Shown here in pieces: positions 46,158 through 61,200 of a DNA stretch of 64,000 nt. The position numbers and the translations under genes are program-made. Each line of letters starts with the position of its first letter. Position 1 is the stretch's first letter. The notes beneath the pieces are model-generated. The model had not been told where the DNA came from and made no database searches. It saw only the letters and a program-made list of their open reading frames with translations. Origin of the DNA: Tubiluchus corallicola (Eukaryota; Animalia; Priapulida); assembly GCA_030141605.1 (NCBI GenBank), contig JAQGDQ010001018.1, positions 1 to 64,000 of the forward strand, read 5' to 3'.

Positions 46158-47745
46158 GTATGATATAGCATAGCACGTACGTTGCAGAATCATTTCAGTT
46201 TAGAATGATGTTATCAAATGTTAATGACAGTGAACTAAAAAGTTACTTACGTTTAGAACGCAGCTTAAGCAATGTCAACTTGTTCTGCACTCTTCCAAAC
46301 TTCTTCACAATATGAAGATGGGTCGCTTTTTATATCAAACTTCTATACTGAGAGCCATACATCATACCTGGGGGCCAACAGGTGTTATAATAAACATGTT
46401 TCAGTATGGGGCGTAGCCAGACTAGGGGGAGCAAGCATGTAAAAAGGCCATGACACATACCATACGTTTTAACGCATTGATTATACATTTTAATTTTGTG
46501 TTTAAAATTAAAACGCAAGAAAATTCAGTTTTTAACGAAGTACATGAATGTTATTTTGTATTTAAAATTAAAATACAATAGTTGGGTAAATGCACGTCCA
46601 AGAAGGGGAGGCAGGTTGACGAAATAAAGTAAAAACTCCATTATTGAAAAACCGCCCATTTTGAAATATGTGCTCGTTGGAGAAGTGGATCCCCTTACTC
46701 CCCCTACTAGCTACGCCCCTGGTTTCAGTCTGTGACGCAACTGATCTCCTGACTTTGCCTTGACTTGCGGTCTGCCTGTATTATTTGTTGCTGGGGTAAA
46801 ATTTTCAAGTGCATTCTGGGAAATAATTCCAGGCAAACAACAACATAATAAAAGTTACAAAATCATCTTATTGGCTAAAATTTTAAATGAAACCGGTTGA
46901 TAATAATAATCTTATAAAATTGTTCTATTATAAAATCTTCTTATAAAAATATCGTTATATTAATGACTTTGTTTAATTGCTTTGCAAGGCGGATGACAAT
47001 AGAGCTTTTGTGGAAAAAAATCAATATTAAAGCATGTCCAAAAACCTTTCCAATCAAAGTCACCAATTAGAAAGACGTTTGTAACTACAAATGAAAATTT
47101 TGAATAGTTTCAAAATTCAAAGTCTGGACTCCAATTGTCAATCTCCTCATGCAGTCATGCAGGTAATTTTTTGTGCTTTAGCTATATGCCTATTTATTTA
47201 AACTCAGATCATCAAAAATCGCCCTGTATTTTTTTACATTATTATGATATATTATGACTCCATTATACATTCGCTTGTTTATGTCTAAGAATTATGCTTG
47301 TGTTATAAAGTAAATTTCAGTTGCCATTGTTATCATGTTTCTGTTGTCAGATTTTTATTTCAGTTCTTATTTCAGTTTAGTTTTATTTCAGTTATTTTCA
47401 GTTTGATTTTTTTAATTATGCACTTATTATTACTGTGTATGAATTGTACTAACACGTTATAAGCATATCAATTTAATGTCATTCGTGACAATTTAGTTTT
47501 TATTATAAACAGTACTAACACTAATACACTGTAGCATAACGCCTATAAAAATGTTCATCACTAACCAAAGGGCAGCCGACTAGATGACCAATTGGTCTTT
47601 CGCTGCCCTTTCTTCACGTTTTTGTTACCAAATTAGTTGCACTATAACTGTGCGTGTGTTACATGATAAATAAAAGATTATTATTATTATTATTATTTCA
47701 ATGTTCCAGGGGAAACTAGTAAAATGTCATTGACTCACTCAACTA
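45962..47745 (+). repeat. Local direct duplication copy B, with hAT-type MITE 46406-46721 and a later LINE-type 3' insertion at about 47114-47696
   Basis: MITE termini (a/c)(t/a)ggggcgtagc..gctacgcccctg with 8-bp gtttcagt duplication; the insertion ends in AATAAA plus (ATT)n and is flanked by tttcaa; copy A is empty at this site. Confidence 0.8.
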
Positions 47746-48687
47746 TTGTGCGTTAATGAATCACCAGAAAAACAACGTCTTTTATTCTTATTGACAAGAT
47801 ACGGTACTTTAATTTTGCTTAGTTACTGAAGTTTATGCTACAAATGCTCTGATGCTACGATGCTATTTTTTCAAACTTTCGAGATATGAGCATAGTTTTT
47901 AGTATACGAGGTGAGTTGAACAGCCAAAGTGAAGCAGCAACAAAATAAAAATTTCTCATGACTGCTGACCTTGACACTCGTTTTTGGCTACCGAATTTGT
48001 CATACCGATTCTGGCTGTTCACTTCGTAGCGTGAGGCTGTAATATGGGTTCTAGATTTCGGGTCAAAGAGACATATCAGATGAGATGAGAATTCCCTAAA
48101 AACCGGCTTGTTTTACAATTTTATTTACGTTGTTGAGTTGTGTTGAATTTTTCCACTTTGGTTTTTGTAATCTTTTCTCAGAAACTAAAAGTGCAAAAAC
48201 ACATAAAAACACACGTAATTCCCCTTACACTAGTTATATGACATTTTGCGAGTTTGTAATAAAAGTGTATTAAACATTATATTATCCAGTGTCATACAAT
48301 AAACTCATTTCAGCTGGAATGTCCAAAAATGTCCAACAAGACCGCCAAAGGTACTCTGTCACAGTGACTGAATATCAGAGATCCGCACATGCGCAGTAGA
48401 CGCTTTGTCTCACGTATTTTCAGCTTGTACTTGATTAGGACGATACTTGAAATTTGCTGCCGACGTCAGATGTATTTGTCAAATTTATCTGGTGAATGAC
48501 GTTATGAATTCCTGAGACACGGAAGAATGTAGTTAAAGCAAAACATTCAGGTCCAGGGTATAAAAATGACACGTTCAAACATGCATCAAGGTCAGCTTTT
48601 TCGCTTAGAAACAGAGTACACACGTATGGAGCGCTAAAATGCCACTTTGATTAAAATCACAAGTTCGTGGCCACCGTATGTACTATA

Positions 48688-49117
48688 CATTAATCCTTGC
48701 CAACAATATATTAATCCGTGCCCACGATATATTAATCCGTGCCCACGATATATTAATCCGTGCCCACAATATATTAATACATGCCAACAATATATTAATC
48801 TGTGCTCACAATATATTAATCTGTGCTCACAATATATTAATCCGTACCCACGATATATTAATCCGTTCCCAGGATATGTTAATCAACGCTCACAATATAC
48901 TAATCCGTGCCAACAATATAGTAATCCGTGCCAACAATATATTAATCCGTACCCACAATATATTAATCCATACCCACAATATATTAATCTGTGCCCACGA
49001 TATATTAATCTGTGCCCACGATATATTAATCTGTGCTCACAATATATTAATCCGTTCCCAGGAAATATTAATCCGTACCCACAATATATTAATCAATACC
49101 CACAATATATTAATCCC
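48688..49117. repeat. 21-bp tandem repeat, about 20 copies
   Basis: Unit attaatccgtgcccacaatat; gives the YINPCPQ and ILIRAHN pseudo-ORFs. Confidence 0.93.
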
Positions 49118-49250
49118 TGAACACCATGTAAAATTTCGTTGCTACGATACATTTATAATGTACATTTATGAAGTACATGTATTTGTATGTGTATGTGTAC
49201 ATTTGTATGCACATGTACGCAAACACGTATATACGTATACTACATGTATG

Positions 49251-49797
49251 TGTTGTTGGCATCCTTCTGTCTCGGAACACAATGGCGTGTGCGCCAAGAG
49301 AGTCAGTTATTGATCACATTGATGGAGCTGCAGCGTCGACTGTGGCTGAGCAGTGCGATCCTTGAACGTCTCCAGGGCGCACGCCTGGGCAAGGTGTATG
49401 GAGATCCTGAGTTGTCCAGACAACAGGAACCCCCTCTCTTCCTCCCTGGTGTAGTCCAAAGGAAAGTGGAGCGATAGGTTTGGCACCAGGTTGGCTGCAG
49501 GAGCTGCCTGAGTCAGTGAGCATGCTACACTGGTCCGCCTTCGGGGCTCCACTCCTTATTTGGAAGGTTTACTCCTCTACACATGGCCGTTGGGTCACTT
49601 GACCTCCTCCGCCCGCTAGCCGTTGGCTGCTTGTGCAGCTCCTCCGCCTAGTGCCAGATACAGTGTGGGCATCCCGCAAGCCTACAGCACCTGGTATTGC
49701 TAGGCGGTCACCCATCCAAGTACTAACCAGGCTCTACGTTGCTTAACTTCGGTGATCAGACGAGAACCGTTGTTTTCAACGTGATATGGCCGTAGAC
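49251..49797 (-). mobile_element. 5S rRNA-headed SINE-like retroposon (SINE3-type) with GC-rich body and RTE-like 3' end
   Basis: 5S head runs without a T-tract into about 430 nt of GC-rich body ending ccattgtgttccgagacagaaggatgccaacaaca; similar flanks acgtatactacatgtatg / acgtacacatatgtatg. Confidence 0.7.
49678..49797 (-). rRNA. 5S rRNA sequence (120 nt; probably SINE head or pseudogene)
   Basis: GTCTACGGCCATATCACGTTGAAAAC..GATCACCGAAGTTAAGC..GGTTAGTACTTGGATGGGTGACCGCC..GTGCTGTAGGCTT; A and C boxes present; CCTAGCAATAC departs from the usual CCTGGGAATAC; no oligo-T terminator. Confidence 0.88.
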
Positions 49798-50287
49798 ACG
49801 TACACATATGTATGTGTATGTGTATGTGATTGTACATGTGTATGTTTCAGTGTATGCTCATGCGCATGCGTGCGTTTTGTGTTTTTATTAGTGTAATTTC
49901 AACAACCTCATTAAATCTTAATTACCTAATCAAAGTAATGTTACATAGGCCAACAATATCGCACCACTTAACTACATTTTTGTAAAGATGAGTCTTTGTA
50001 ATCAGATTACAAAAAATTGAATTACAAATGGGTTCTTTGTACATTATAACAAAAAAATATTATATTCAATAGTTGTCTATTTTCACTGTGTAACAAAAGG
50101 AAGCTAAGAATTTGCGATTTTCACACTTGAAATGCTATGATATCGATTATATAACGAATATTATGTTTTTTTGGTCAGCTTAGATACAATACATTACGTA
50201 ATAATTATATTGAGCAGTTTGACATGTTTGAAACTGTCGCTTGAGCAATATGGCGAATCTCTGAACACGTATAATTCCTATAATCTT

Positions 50288-52025
<1,738 letters not shown>

Positions 52026-52122
52026 CTAAAAACGAATTACAAGTTGTTATGTTAATAACCACTAAAACCGTCAAATCTAGACATATTTGCTCGATTTTAC
52101 CCACAAAATATCATGTGCATTA

Positions 52123-53140
52123 TTACTATATGTAAATGAGTATGTTCTAATGCACGTACATCTACACGTATGTGCACATGCTATATGTAAATGTATATGT
52201 ACTAATGCACGTACATCTACACGTTTATACGTATACTATATGTAAATGTGTATGTACTAATGCACGTACATGTACGTATATGCGTATACTATATAAATGT
52301 GTATGTACTAATGCACGTACATCTACATGTTTATACGTATACTATATGTAAATGTGTATGTACTAATGCACGTGCATCTACATGTTTATACGTATACTAT
52401 ATGTTGTTTCTTTTTCTTTTCTTTTCTTTTCCTTTCTTTTCTTTTCTTTCCTTTCCTTTTCTTTTCTTTTCTTCTCTTTTCTTTTCTTTCCTTTGCTTTT
52501 CTTTTCTTTCCTTGCCCTTTTTTCCTTTCTAACTTCTTTTTTATTTCTCTTCTCTTTTTTTCCTCATTTCTTTTCTCCTATCTTCCCTTTTCCCCCTTCC
52601 TTACTTTCTCCCAACCTTCCTTTTTTCTTTAATCTGTTTATTTACATTTTCTTTTTTCCTTTTACTTCCTTTTCTTTTATTATCATTTCATTTCTTTTCA
52701 TTTCTTTTTCTTGTCTTTTCTTTTCCTTTCCTTTCCTTTCCTTTTTCCATATTCAACTTCTTTTTTATTTCTCTTCTTTTACTCCCTCATTTTTTCGCCT
52801 CTCCTCTTCCTTTTTTCCTCCCGTCTGTTTGTTCCGTCCTTGATTTTTTCCTAAATTTGTTTAATTACCTTTCCTTTTTCTTTTCTTTTCCTTTTTTTCC
52901 TTTTTTTCTTTTCTTTTTTTCTCTTCTTTTCTATTGTATTCCCTTTCCTTCCGTTCTCTTTTCTTCTCTTTGTTTTGTTTTACTTTTCTTTATTTTACTT
53001 GACCTTTCTTTTCCTTTCCTTTCTATTACATTTTGTTTTGTACTCTCTTTTGTTCTTTATTTCCCTTTTTGCCCTCTCCTCTCCTCTTCTCTCCTTTTCA
53101 CCGTCCTTTTCTCTTCTATCCTCTTTTTTCTTCCCTTTTG
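52123..53140. repeat. About 55-bp repeat (52123-52402) followed by a CT-rich low-complexity tract
   Basis: tactatatgtaaatgtgtatgtactaatgcacgtacatctac repeated about 5 times, then a polypyrimidine tract. Confidence 0.88.
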
Positions 53141-54810
53141 ATGTGCTAAGATTCTTTTCTGATACGAAATCAAAGTGTCTAAAGGAAAAGCCAAGTCTCT
53201 CGGGAACTTGAGCTTATTCTAATATCTGAGAAAAATGTTAGAAAGTTTCAGCAATGAAATTGTGATAAGCTCCTCGTGTAATTAATAATTTCAATTTAAA
53301 ATCGCGATCATTTCACGCTAGGGCGCGCTCATTTTGCCGAAGATGGCGTCATCTGGTTACCGTACAATATAAACATTTATTCTACCAAGTGCTTCAGCAA
53401 TCTTTTTTGACTTATGAACGAACTCTATAAAGTAAGTAGTCCACCCGGTACCTACTGTATGCTCGCAAGTTTACACGTGTATCTAAAAGTCAACAAAATT
53501 TGTAAATTAATTATATTTACGCAATTAATGTATACTACTTACACATTTTACGGTCTAATCCTGTGGGTTAAAGCTACGTGATCACTTTAAGCTTGGTCAT
53601 AATTGACCAAATGACTAATTTTTAAATAAGCACAGTTAAATACCAGGCTAAAATAACTGAATTTCTGAGTGAACTGAGTGAAGAGAAATTTAATATCTTA
53701 TGACTTTATTTTTGGACATAATTGATCCAATGACCAATTTTTACATAAACACAGTTAAATGCAACGCTAGAATAACTGAACTTCTGAGTGAAATGTAGAA
53801 AATTGTCAACGCGTACCTTAATCATAGATTGCCTTCACAGCATTCACGCTGTACACCAGCCACCAGCTTACGTCATTTTTTTTCAACTGCCGCCAGCGAC
53901 GTTCGTTTGGCGGGAGACAAAAAAATATTTAAATTTCTTTTGCATTTTTAAGCAAAGCATTCTATGCGCATATACTGTGTGGTGATATCAGTATTTTTAA
54001 TTGTATATTAAAATGCAATAAATGTTGTTCGAGGGTCGGTTTTTCTTTTAAGAACATGATTCTTTTCACATCCTTGAATTTTAATTTAACTTTTTGTGTT
54101 CCTGGATGAGCATCACGAACTGGAAAAAAGTTGTCAGTAATCTTTTTTAAATAGAGTTCAAAATGATCCAAAGGAGAACGGCTGATGTAACTTAATTAGC
54201 ATATTTTACTTGAATTTAAATAAGAAAAATTGCAATAGGGATAGCTCCCCTGTAGTGAATTATGAATTCTTTTAACGCCCAGTCCCATTTTCAAGGCTGA
54301 GTAGTATAAGTGTTGAAATTCATTTCATGCGTTAGTTAAGTAACAACGTGACATAGTAGACTACGTCTGCATTATCTGGGACATTGTGACCCACTTGCTT
54401 GGCAAATTGCTGGAGCGTTTGGCAACCTCGGCCCCTAGAAACTAGATTCTCCGTATTACCGAATTGCGAACTGGGCTTACGACGTTTTTTGCCAGACACA
54501 AACGCATCCATCAGTCGAACGATTTTTAACATTTTGGCCTTGAAATGTTTATAAATTAATGTGGGTGTTATTAAAATTCTTAACTGGCTTGTGCTTGGAG
54601 TACTAGACTATTATTGTGTTACGTAATGCATGTCGTGACAAGCCGACTAACAATGCGCTAGACGTAGACACGACCAGAGGCGGGTTCATAATTAAGTATG
54701 TATGCTTCTGTAAGTCTTATTTTATTTATTCATTTATTTATTTATTCACGCTCAATAGTAAAATACAGTCTACAATAAAATATCTGGGGTGCCTTAGATA
54801 TATATATAAG

Positions 54811-55455
54811 AGTAAAGAGGACCTGTTAAATTATGTTAAAAGGGCTAGATTATGATAGATAATTATGTTGATGAATGATGGCATCAAGCCCAGTTAAGGA
54901 GTGGTGTCACGTGAGCAGGGCCTATTTCAAGGGGGGAAGTGGGGATACTTCCCCGGGGCCTCACCCTCCAGGGGGGCCTCGCGCCGAGGTAACTTTTTTT
55001 TTGCTTTATGCGAACATACTGTATAACTCCATATTTTCTCTTCGAAAATGCTTCTCCGGCGTTTTAGCAGTTCAAAAATCTTCTGGGCGCCAAAAATGGT
55101 GGCGCCCGCCCCCGGCGCTTCGCCCCCCCCCCCCCGAGGAGGCCTCACACACCCTACTTCCCCGGGCCTCGCTTAGGCTGAAATAGGCCCTGCACGTGAG
55201 CAAGTGATTCAGAACCGAAGCGTAGGCGTCGAACCTCGGCGCACGATATGTAAGCCTTGTGATGCGCCCAGCTCAGGGGACTGAGTCTGGGAGCTGAAGG
55301 AGAGCAGGCTAGATCAGGGGGCTTGGCATTACTATCTGTTATTGTGTTTGATGTTCAATAAACGTGTAGTTTTATAATCTGACTCCTCATAGTTTTGCCA
55401 TCCCTAAAACAACAATAATCAGCTTCGCACAACCAACACAACGAATTATTTTACT
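54811..55455 (+). mobile_element. Solo LTR-like element copy 2 (AGT...ACT) with 5-bp duplication and nested hAT MITE
   Basis: ataag|AGTAAA ... TTTTACT|ataag; homologous to 33145-33519. Confidence 0.78.
54916..55192. mobile_element. hAT-family MITE
   Basis: TIR cagggcctatttca..tgaaataggccctg, perfect 8-bp duplication cacgtgag; empty site visible in LTR copy 1 near 33243. Confidence 0.9.
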
Positions 55456-56683
55456 ATAAGTCATATCGTCATTAGCGTTACCACAGAAATATGGGTAAAC
55501 AAAATGTGCGCTGTCCATAAATGCTGCCCCCGTCCATGTAATTTGCTCCCAGCTTCCTGCTGCATGACATTTCTCGCTACTCAACGTTCAGAGATAACTT
55601 CAACGACCAACTCGTACTTTGGTCAGTCCAGACGAAAATGCATGACAAGGAAAATTGTTCCCGTTCATCACGAGTAACGACAAAGCCCGTTAAGTAGTCG
55701 ATAAAAAGACTGATAAGTTACACATAACATTTTTAGTAGTTTCTGGTGAGAAAGTTGATGGTAATCTTCTCTGTGCTCGAATCTCTGATATTTTATTTTT
55801 AATGTGATTTTAGGATCAGTAGTTTAAGACAATTTGATGCAAAAGGGCGCATCGACAATTTACGTACCGTCCTGTCCCGCCCATCTCTATTGTGAATTTA
55901 TGGTCGTTTATTTAATGAGCAGATCAAACAATTACTTGTGGTGTATTAGAAACACTATTAACCTAGTTTCTACGTGGTCGTTATTAATTACATGTATTTG
56001 CATAGCGCTTATATTTAAACAGGCAGCGCAACTGCTTGTTGTGTAACACCTTGCACCTGTTCGCTTTGTTGCACTTATATAAAAGCTGCTCTTATATAAA
56101 AGCTGAAACTAACTGTGGTGTGTTATAAATGCGCCCTTTTTTCATGAATATGAAAGTATACACATTTTCCGAGGAGAATAAGATTTTTTTAAAATGTGAC
56201 GCACCTCATACTTCGTCAGCCTATTTTTTCGTACGCCCCTGTAGCTAATGCTTTTAGGTGTTTTGTTTGTTACCAACCGTAGGCCAGTGAAATCCTTAAT
56301 CCGCCCCTAGACACGATGTCGCCCACAGAAGGTTAGAAACATTCGAATGTCTGCTTTTAAAATTTTAAAATCATCATTAAATCGCCTAGTTCAGTAAGTG
56401 CTTTATTTGCTACACACGGTTGAGTAACTATACTAGAAATGGTCACCAATAATTTGATTAAATTACCATGCTCATAATTCTGTGAAGCAGCTATTAGCTC
56501 TAGATAATTTTGGTAGCACGTGCTTTTTCGCTGCTGTAAATCAGGTAAATAGCGTTTATAAATATAGTCACTAACACTTCTAGTGTAATTTAGGGCGCCA
56601 GAATGGCGCCTTGGGGAACACCGGCTGGAACGTAAAAAAATATAACGATGCAGTTTTATAAACGAATTTATTGCGCAAATATT

Positions 56684-57557
56684 ATAGTTATAATACTTTT
56701 TTTATAACTATAATACTATTATAGTTATTACAGTACAAAAAGAAAAAAGGTAAAGAAAAGAAAAGAAAAGAAAAGAAAAGGAAAGAAAAGGAAAGAAGAA
56801 AAAAAGAACAGAAAAGAAAAGTACAGAAAAGGAAAGGAAAAGGAAAGGAAAGGAAGGAAAGAAAAAAAGAAAAAGTGAAAAAACAAATAAAGAAGAAATC
56901 ACTAAATAAACAGAGGGAAGGAAACGGGAAGGGAAGAGGAGGGACGAAACGGGAAAGGAAAAGGAGAGGAGAAACGAGATAATAAAAGAAAAGAGGAAAT
57001 AAAACAGTTAGAAAAGAGGTCACGATAAAAGAAAAGATAGGAAAGGTAAGCAAGGGAAAGGAAAGAAAAAGAAAGGAGGTTGGAGATGAAGCTGACGTGA
57101 AATTTATAGTTATAATACTTCTTATAACCATAATACTATTATAGTTATTATAGTATAAAGAAGAAAAAAGAAAAAAGTAAAGAAAAGAAAAGAAAAGAAA
57201 AGAAAAGAAAAGAAAAGAAAAGAAAAGAAAAGAAAAGAAAAGAAAAGAAAAAAAGAAAAGAAAAGTACAGAAAAGGAAAGGAAAAGGAAAAGAAAAGGAA
57301 AGAAATAAAAAAGAAAAAGTGAAAAGACAAAGAAAGAAGAAATCACGAAATAAACAGAGGGAAGGAAAGGGGAAGCGAAGAGGAGGGAGGAAAGATAAAG
57401 GGAAAAGGAGAGGAGATAATAAAAGAAAAGAGGAAATAAAACAGTTAGAAAAGAGGTCAGGATAAAAGAAAAGATAGGAAAGGTAAGCAAGGGAAAGGAA
57501 AGAAAAAGAAAGGAGATTGGAGATGAAGCTGACGTGGAATTTATAGTTATAATACTT
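56684..57557. repeat. Tandem duplication (about 420-440 bp unit) of a GA-rich polypurine tract
   Basis: tatagttataatactt recurs near 56684, 57105 and 57542; (GAAAA)n inside. Confidence 0.85.
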
Positions 57558-57656
57558 ACGTGTCACGTGCATAACCGTTCTGTCTTTTACTGTTACAAAT
57601 ATATTTGCTGGTCTTAAGCTAGGACTCCATGCGCACGTGCTGCTCATCTCATAATT

Positions 57657-57962
57657 CAGTGGTTCCCAAAGTAGGGGTAAATTACCCCCCGCGGGTAATA
57701 TGGTTTTTTTTGGGGGGGGAGGGTAACAGGCACCCCTCTGAAAATTTTTAAAACTTCGCTCAGAATGCATTTTACGTAGTTTTCTTCTTGAAGAGACTGC
57801 CTCCGGCAGGCAACACTGTGTCATGGGGTCCATCATTCCATCATATGTGGCATATACGTGTGTTTACTTTTTGAGTTGGAGAAGTAGTACTAGGTGGGGG
57901 GTAATGGACACGACCGGGTTTCCCGATTTGGGTAACGGTCCGAGAAAGTTTGGGATACACTG
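57657..57962. mobile_element. hAT/Charlie-like MITE
   Basis: Termini cagtggttcccaaa ... tttgggatacactg. Confidence 0.65.
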
Positions 57963-58212
57963 TGACATAGTTGTACTAAAACCCCAAGAGCTGAAAACAG
58001 TTGCTTTTAGAAAGAAACATGAAAAGTCACATTATAATTTTATTAATTAATTTTTTATTTCTTTATTTATCTGCTCATTAATTATTAATCAATTTATTAA
58101 TTAATTTATTTATTTTGAAAAAAAGTCGTGAGTTTTTCAAGCCTATTTTTGGACAACAGTGCAGCATCCCTTAAAAAGCAAATATTTCGGTTGCAATTCA
58201 TTTTTTCTTCAG

Positions 58213-61200
58213 CAAAGGATTTGAGAGCAATGTAGAAGAGCACGGAGCCGCATTTGTTGTGTTTTACAAAGGACAGCAAGTGGTCGACTTATGGGGCGGT
58301 TACGCGGACAAAGAGTCATGGGACCCTTGGAAAAAAGACACCCTATCTGTCATCTTGTCGACCACGAAAGGACTTTGTGCTCTCTCGGTGGCTGTGTTAG
58401 TGGACAGAGGTCAGCTCAGTTATGACGACAAAGTGGCTAAACATTGGCCAGAGTTCGCTCAGAATGGAAAGGGGGACATCACAGTGTCTGAGTTACTAGC
58501 TCACCAGGTAGGACTTGTGTTTAATATTTACTCGTATTCGTTGTAAATTAATTTTGTATATAAATATATAAGAAGTACATCGTAAATGAACGACATATGC
58601 CCTAGGAACGACATTGCTATGTAGGAAGAACAATAGATGTCTGAGGAACAACATAGCTGTGTCAAAAAGATGTGTACAAGGAATGACGCATGTTAAGGAA
58701 CAATATAGTTATTTAGAAGGAACAATGTATATCAACGAAGGCTTCCACTACTTTCAGTACATTCAGTAGTGGAAGCCTCAGTAGTGGAAGCCTCGAAAAA
58801 GATACAAGAGGCAAGATTGCGATGGTATGGACACCTGAAAAGAAGGGTCGGAGAAGATCATGTGGGAAGGGAGGTCATGGAAATGGAAGTGATGGGAAAT
58901 AGAAGAAGAGGACGACCCAAGCTGAGATGGTTTGAATGTATTAATGGAGACCTTAGAGAGAATAACATAAATGAAGAGATGGTCAACAACAGGAATGCGT
59001 GGAGAAGACTCATTCACAACGGCGACCCCGCATAGGGAAAAGCTGGGAAGAAGAAGAAGAATGTATATCATCGAACTTCGCAGATATGCAAAAAGGGCAA
59101 CACATGTCTAATGAGCAATACGGCAGTGTAGAAGGAAAAGCGTATGCAAATGAACTACAAAGCTACGAAAAAGAAGCAACATATGTCTAAGGAATAACAT
59201 TGCTATGTGCAAGGAACGATGTATGTCCAAGGATCAGAATGCAGAAACAGAAAATTATGGGCTTCGTAGTTAAGGGTCCTGGAAAAACTGGTGTAGAAAG
59301 TCGATCCGGGAACTAAACATATTATTGATTGGTCTGCCATTTTGCTTTTTCCCATGTCTTCACACGAATCAGGATTGTTTAAAGGAAAACAGGATGATTT
59401 TTCATATACTACCTCACTTTCAAGTCCGGTAGCAAGTATATTTTTAACACAATTAATACTGTAAAAGCGTTTCTGATAATTAGATAATAGATTAAAAACT
59501 TAATTAACCGTGGGTGAGCCCAACTGTTGATGACATCACAAACGAACATGGTTTTCAACAGCAAAAATATTCCACGAGTGTGTTGCACTAATATCGGAAA
59601 TTTTAAGATAGAAATTTAAATTTACCACTGTGGTCACGCATGAACTATCGAACATGTGCACTTCGTCACAAACTAACACATCATTAACAAAATGTTTGAT
59701 CTACAGTTTAAGATTGGGCCCGTCTTAACTTTTGCAGAAGAATAAAGTCGACGTGTGCAGTCATATATGAACGTTCTTCTCTGCATGGGCAAAATCGCCT
59801 TGCTAGATCAAAAAGCAAACTAATCAAGTTTTGGCATGCTACTTTCTAGACGTGACAGTAGCAAAAAGCAATAGACGTAATCAGACGCAGCTGATCTTCA
59901 TCTGCATACAGCTAGGAACTTACATTGGGCGGTGTGCAGCCAAAGCGTGCCGAAATTTAGACTACAATAATATTAGTAGCAAGTACCCTGCAAAATTAAG
60001 TTTTCACAGCCTGATGTTGCAACACATTACATTTTGGCTGTGAAAGTTACAAGTTTATAGACTCGGTAACTTTTAAGTTATGGGCGAAAAACTTTTGCAT
60101 GTTAGAAATAAAATTTCGGAACAATGTCAGGTAATCATCAACTGAAAAACAGCCACGTTGACGTATAAAACACTCAATAGATGGCAGCAAAACAATGAAG
60201 AAATCAACCAGTTTACGTCATGTTCTTCACCACAGGAAATAAAGCGCTGGCAAAGATTAGCTGCCAAGAAAAGGGAGTTAAAGGGCAGGAAAATGGCCAA
60301 CCAAGTAAGTTTCAGAAAATTCGCAATAAAAATTTATATCACCTAAGTATAATCTTAAGCAAGTACTCACGTTTTCGCATTTACTCCAATTTTTGTAAAA
60401 TATTTCAACCGCTGCAGAAAACGTTTTCCGCAGACATGTTTCATTTAGTCCGCCAATTGAAAAGCCAGCATGTGACTGATCACGTGGCATGACATCACAC
60501 GAACACAGTCGCAGTGAGTTCTGAGCACGTGTACTACAAAGATTTGTGTTGTGGTTCTGTGACGCCATCTAGTATGGCGCTGCCTTGACAGTCTCGCGGG
60601 ATATTTAAAATGAAAACAAACAGGAAATTCTTTAAACGTGAGTACGATAAACGCTTGAGATTTACTCTAACCGTTTCTTTCGCGAAAATTTTCTGAGACT
60701 TGCTTTAACTGGACTTTTTATGTCCTTTAAATTAATTCACTGAACCTCGAATTCCCTTAAGGACAACGACTAGTGTACGACGATTGCACAGGACCATTTG
60801 AAGCAGAGAAGTCAGAAACTGTGTCAGCGCCTGGAATAAAAGCCTTCGTCTAGTTTGCAATAGAATCTGGTGGACGTATAGACATAGGAACTTGCTGTAC
60901 TTTTAGATTTTGGATTTAATAGATTTATTTCGCAATAAACATATACATATACATTACATGTGCATCGATAATCAGTTTTTGTTAATACAAAAATATGATA
61001 CAATTCATGAATTCTGCGCTAGAGACCTAAGAAGCTAGCTTATGGTAGGCCACTAGAATTAGTTACGAAAAAAATTACAATATATACAGATACAATATTA
61101 CAATATATACAAATATAAATAGGAAGTAATAAAAATATTATTATACTAGAGGGGAAGTTTTTGAATATGAAAAACAACAAATCATGATTGAGTGATCAGT

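Noticed and set aside
48647-49313. YINPCPQ / ILIRAHN repeat proteins
   Set aside because: Open frames of a 21-bp tandem repeat with no splice or domain support.
53962-54532. Two short minus-strand ORFs as upstream exons of gene 4
   Set aside because: No S1A motifs.
56688-57836. 382-aa Phe/Leu/Ser-rich ORF, and those at 52248-53211, as membrane proteins
   Set aside because: Stop-free reading of low-complexity tracts joined to a MITE.
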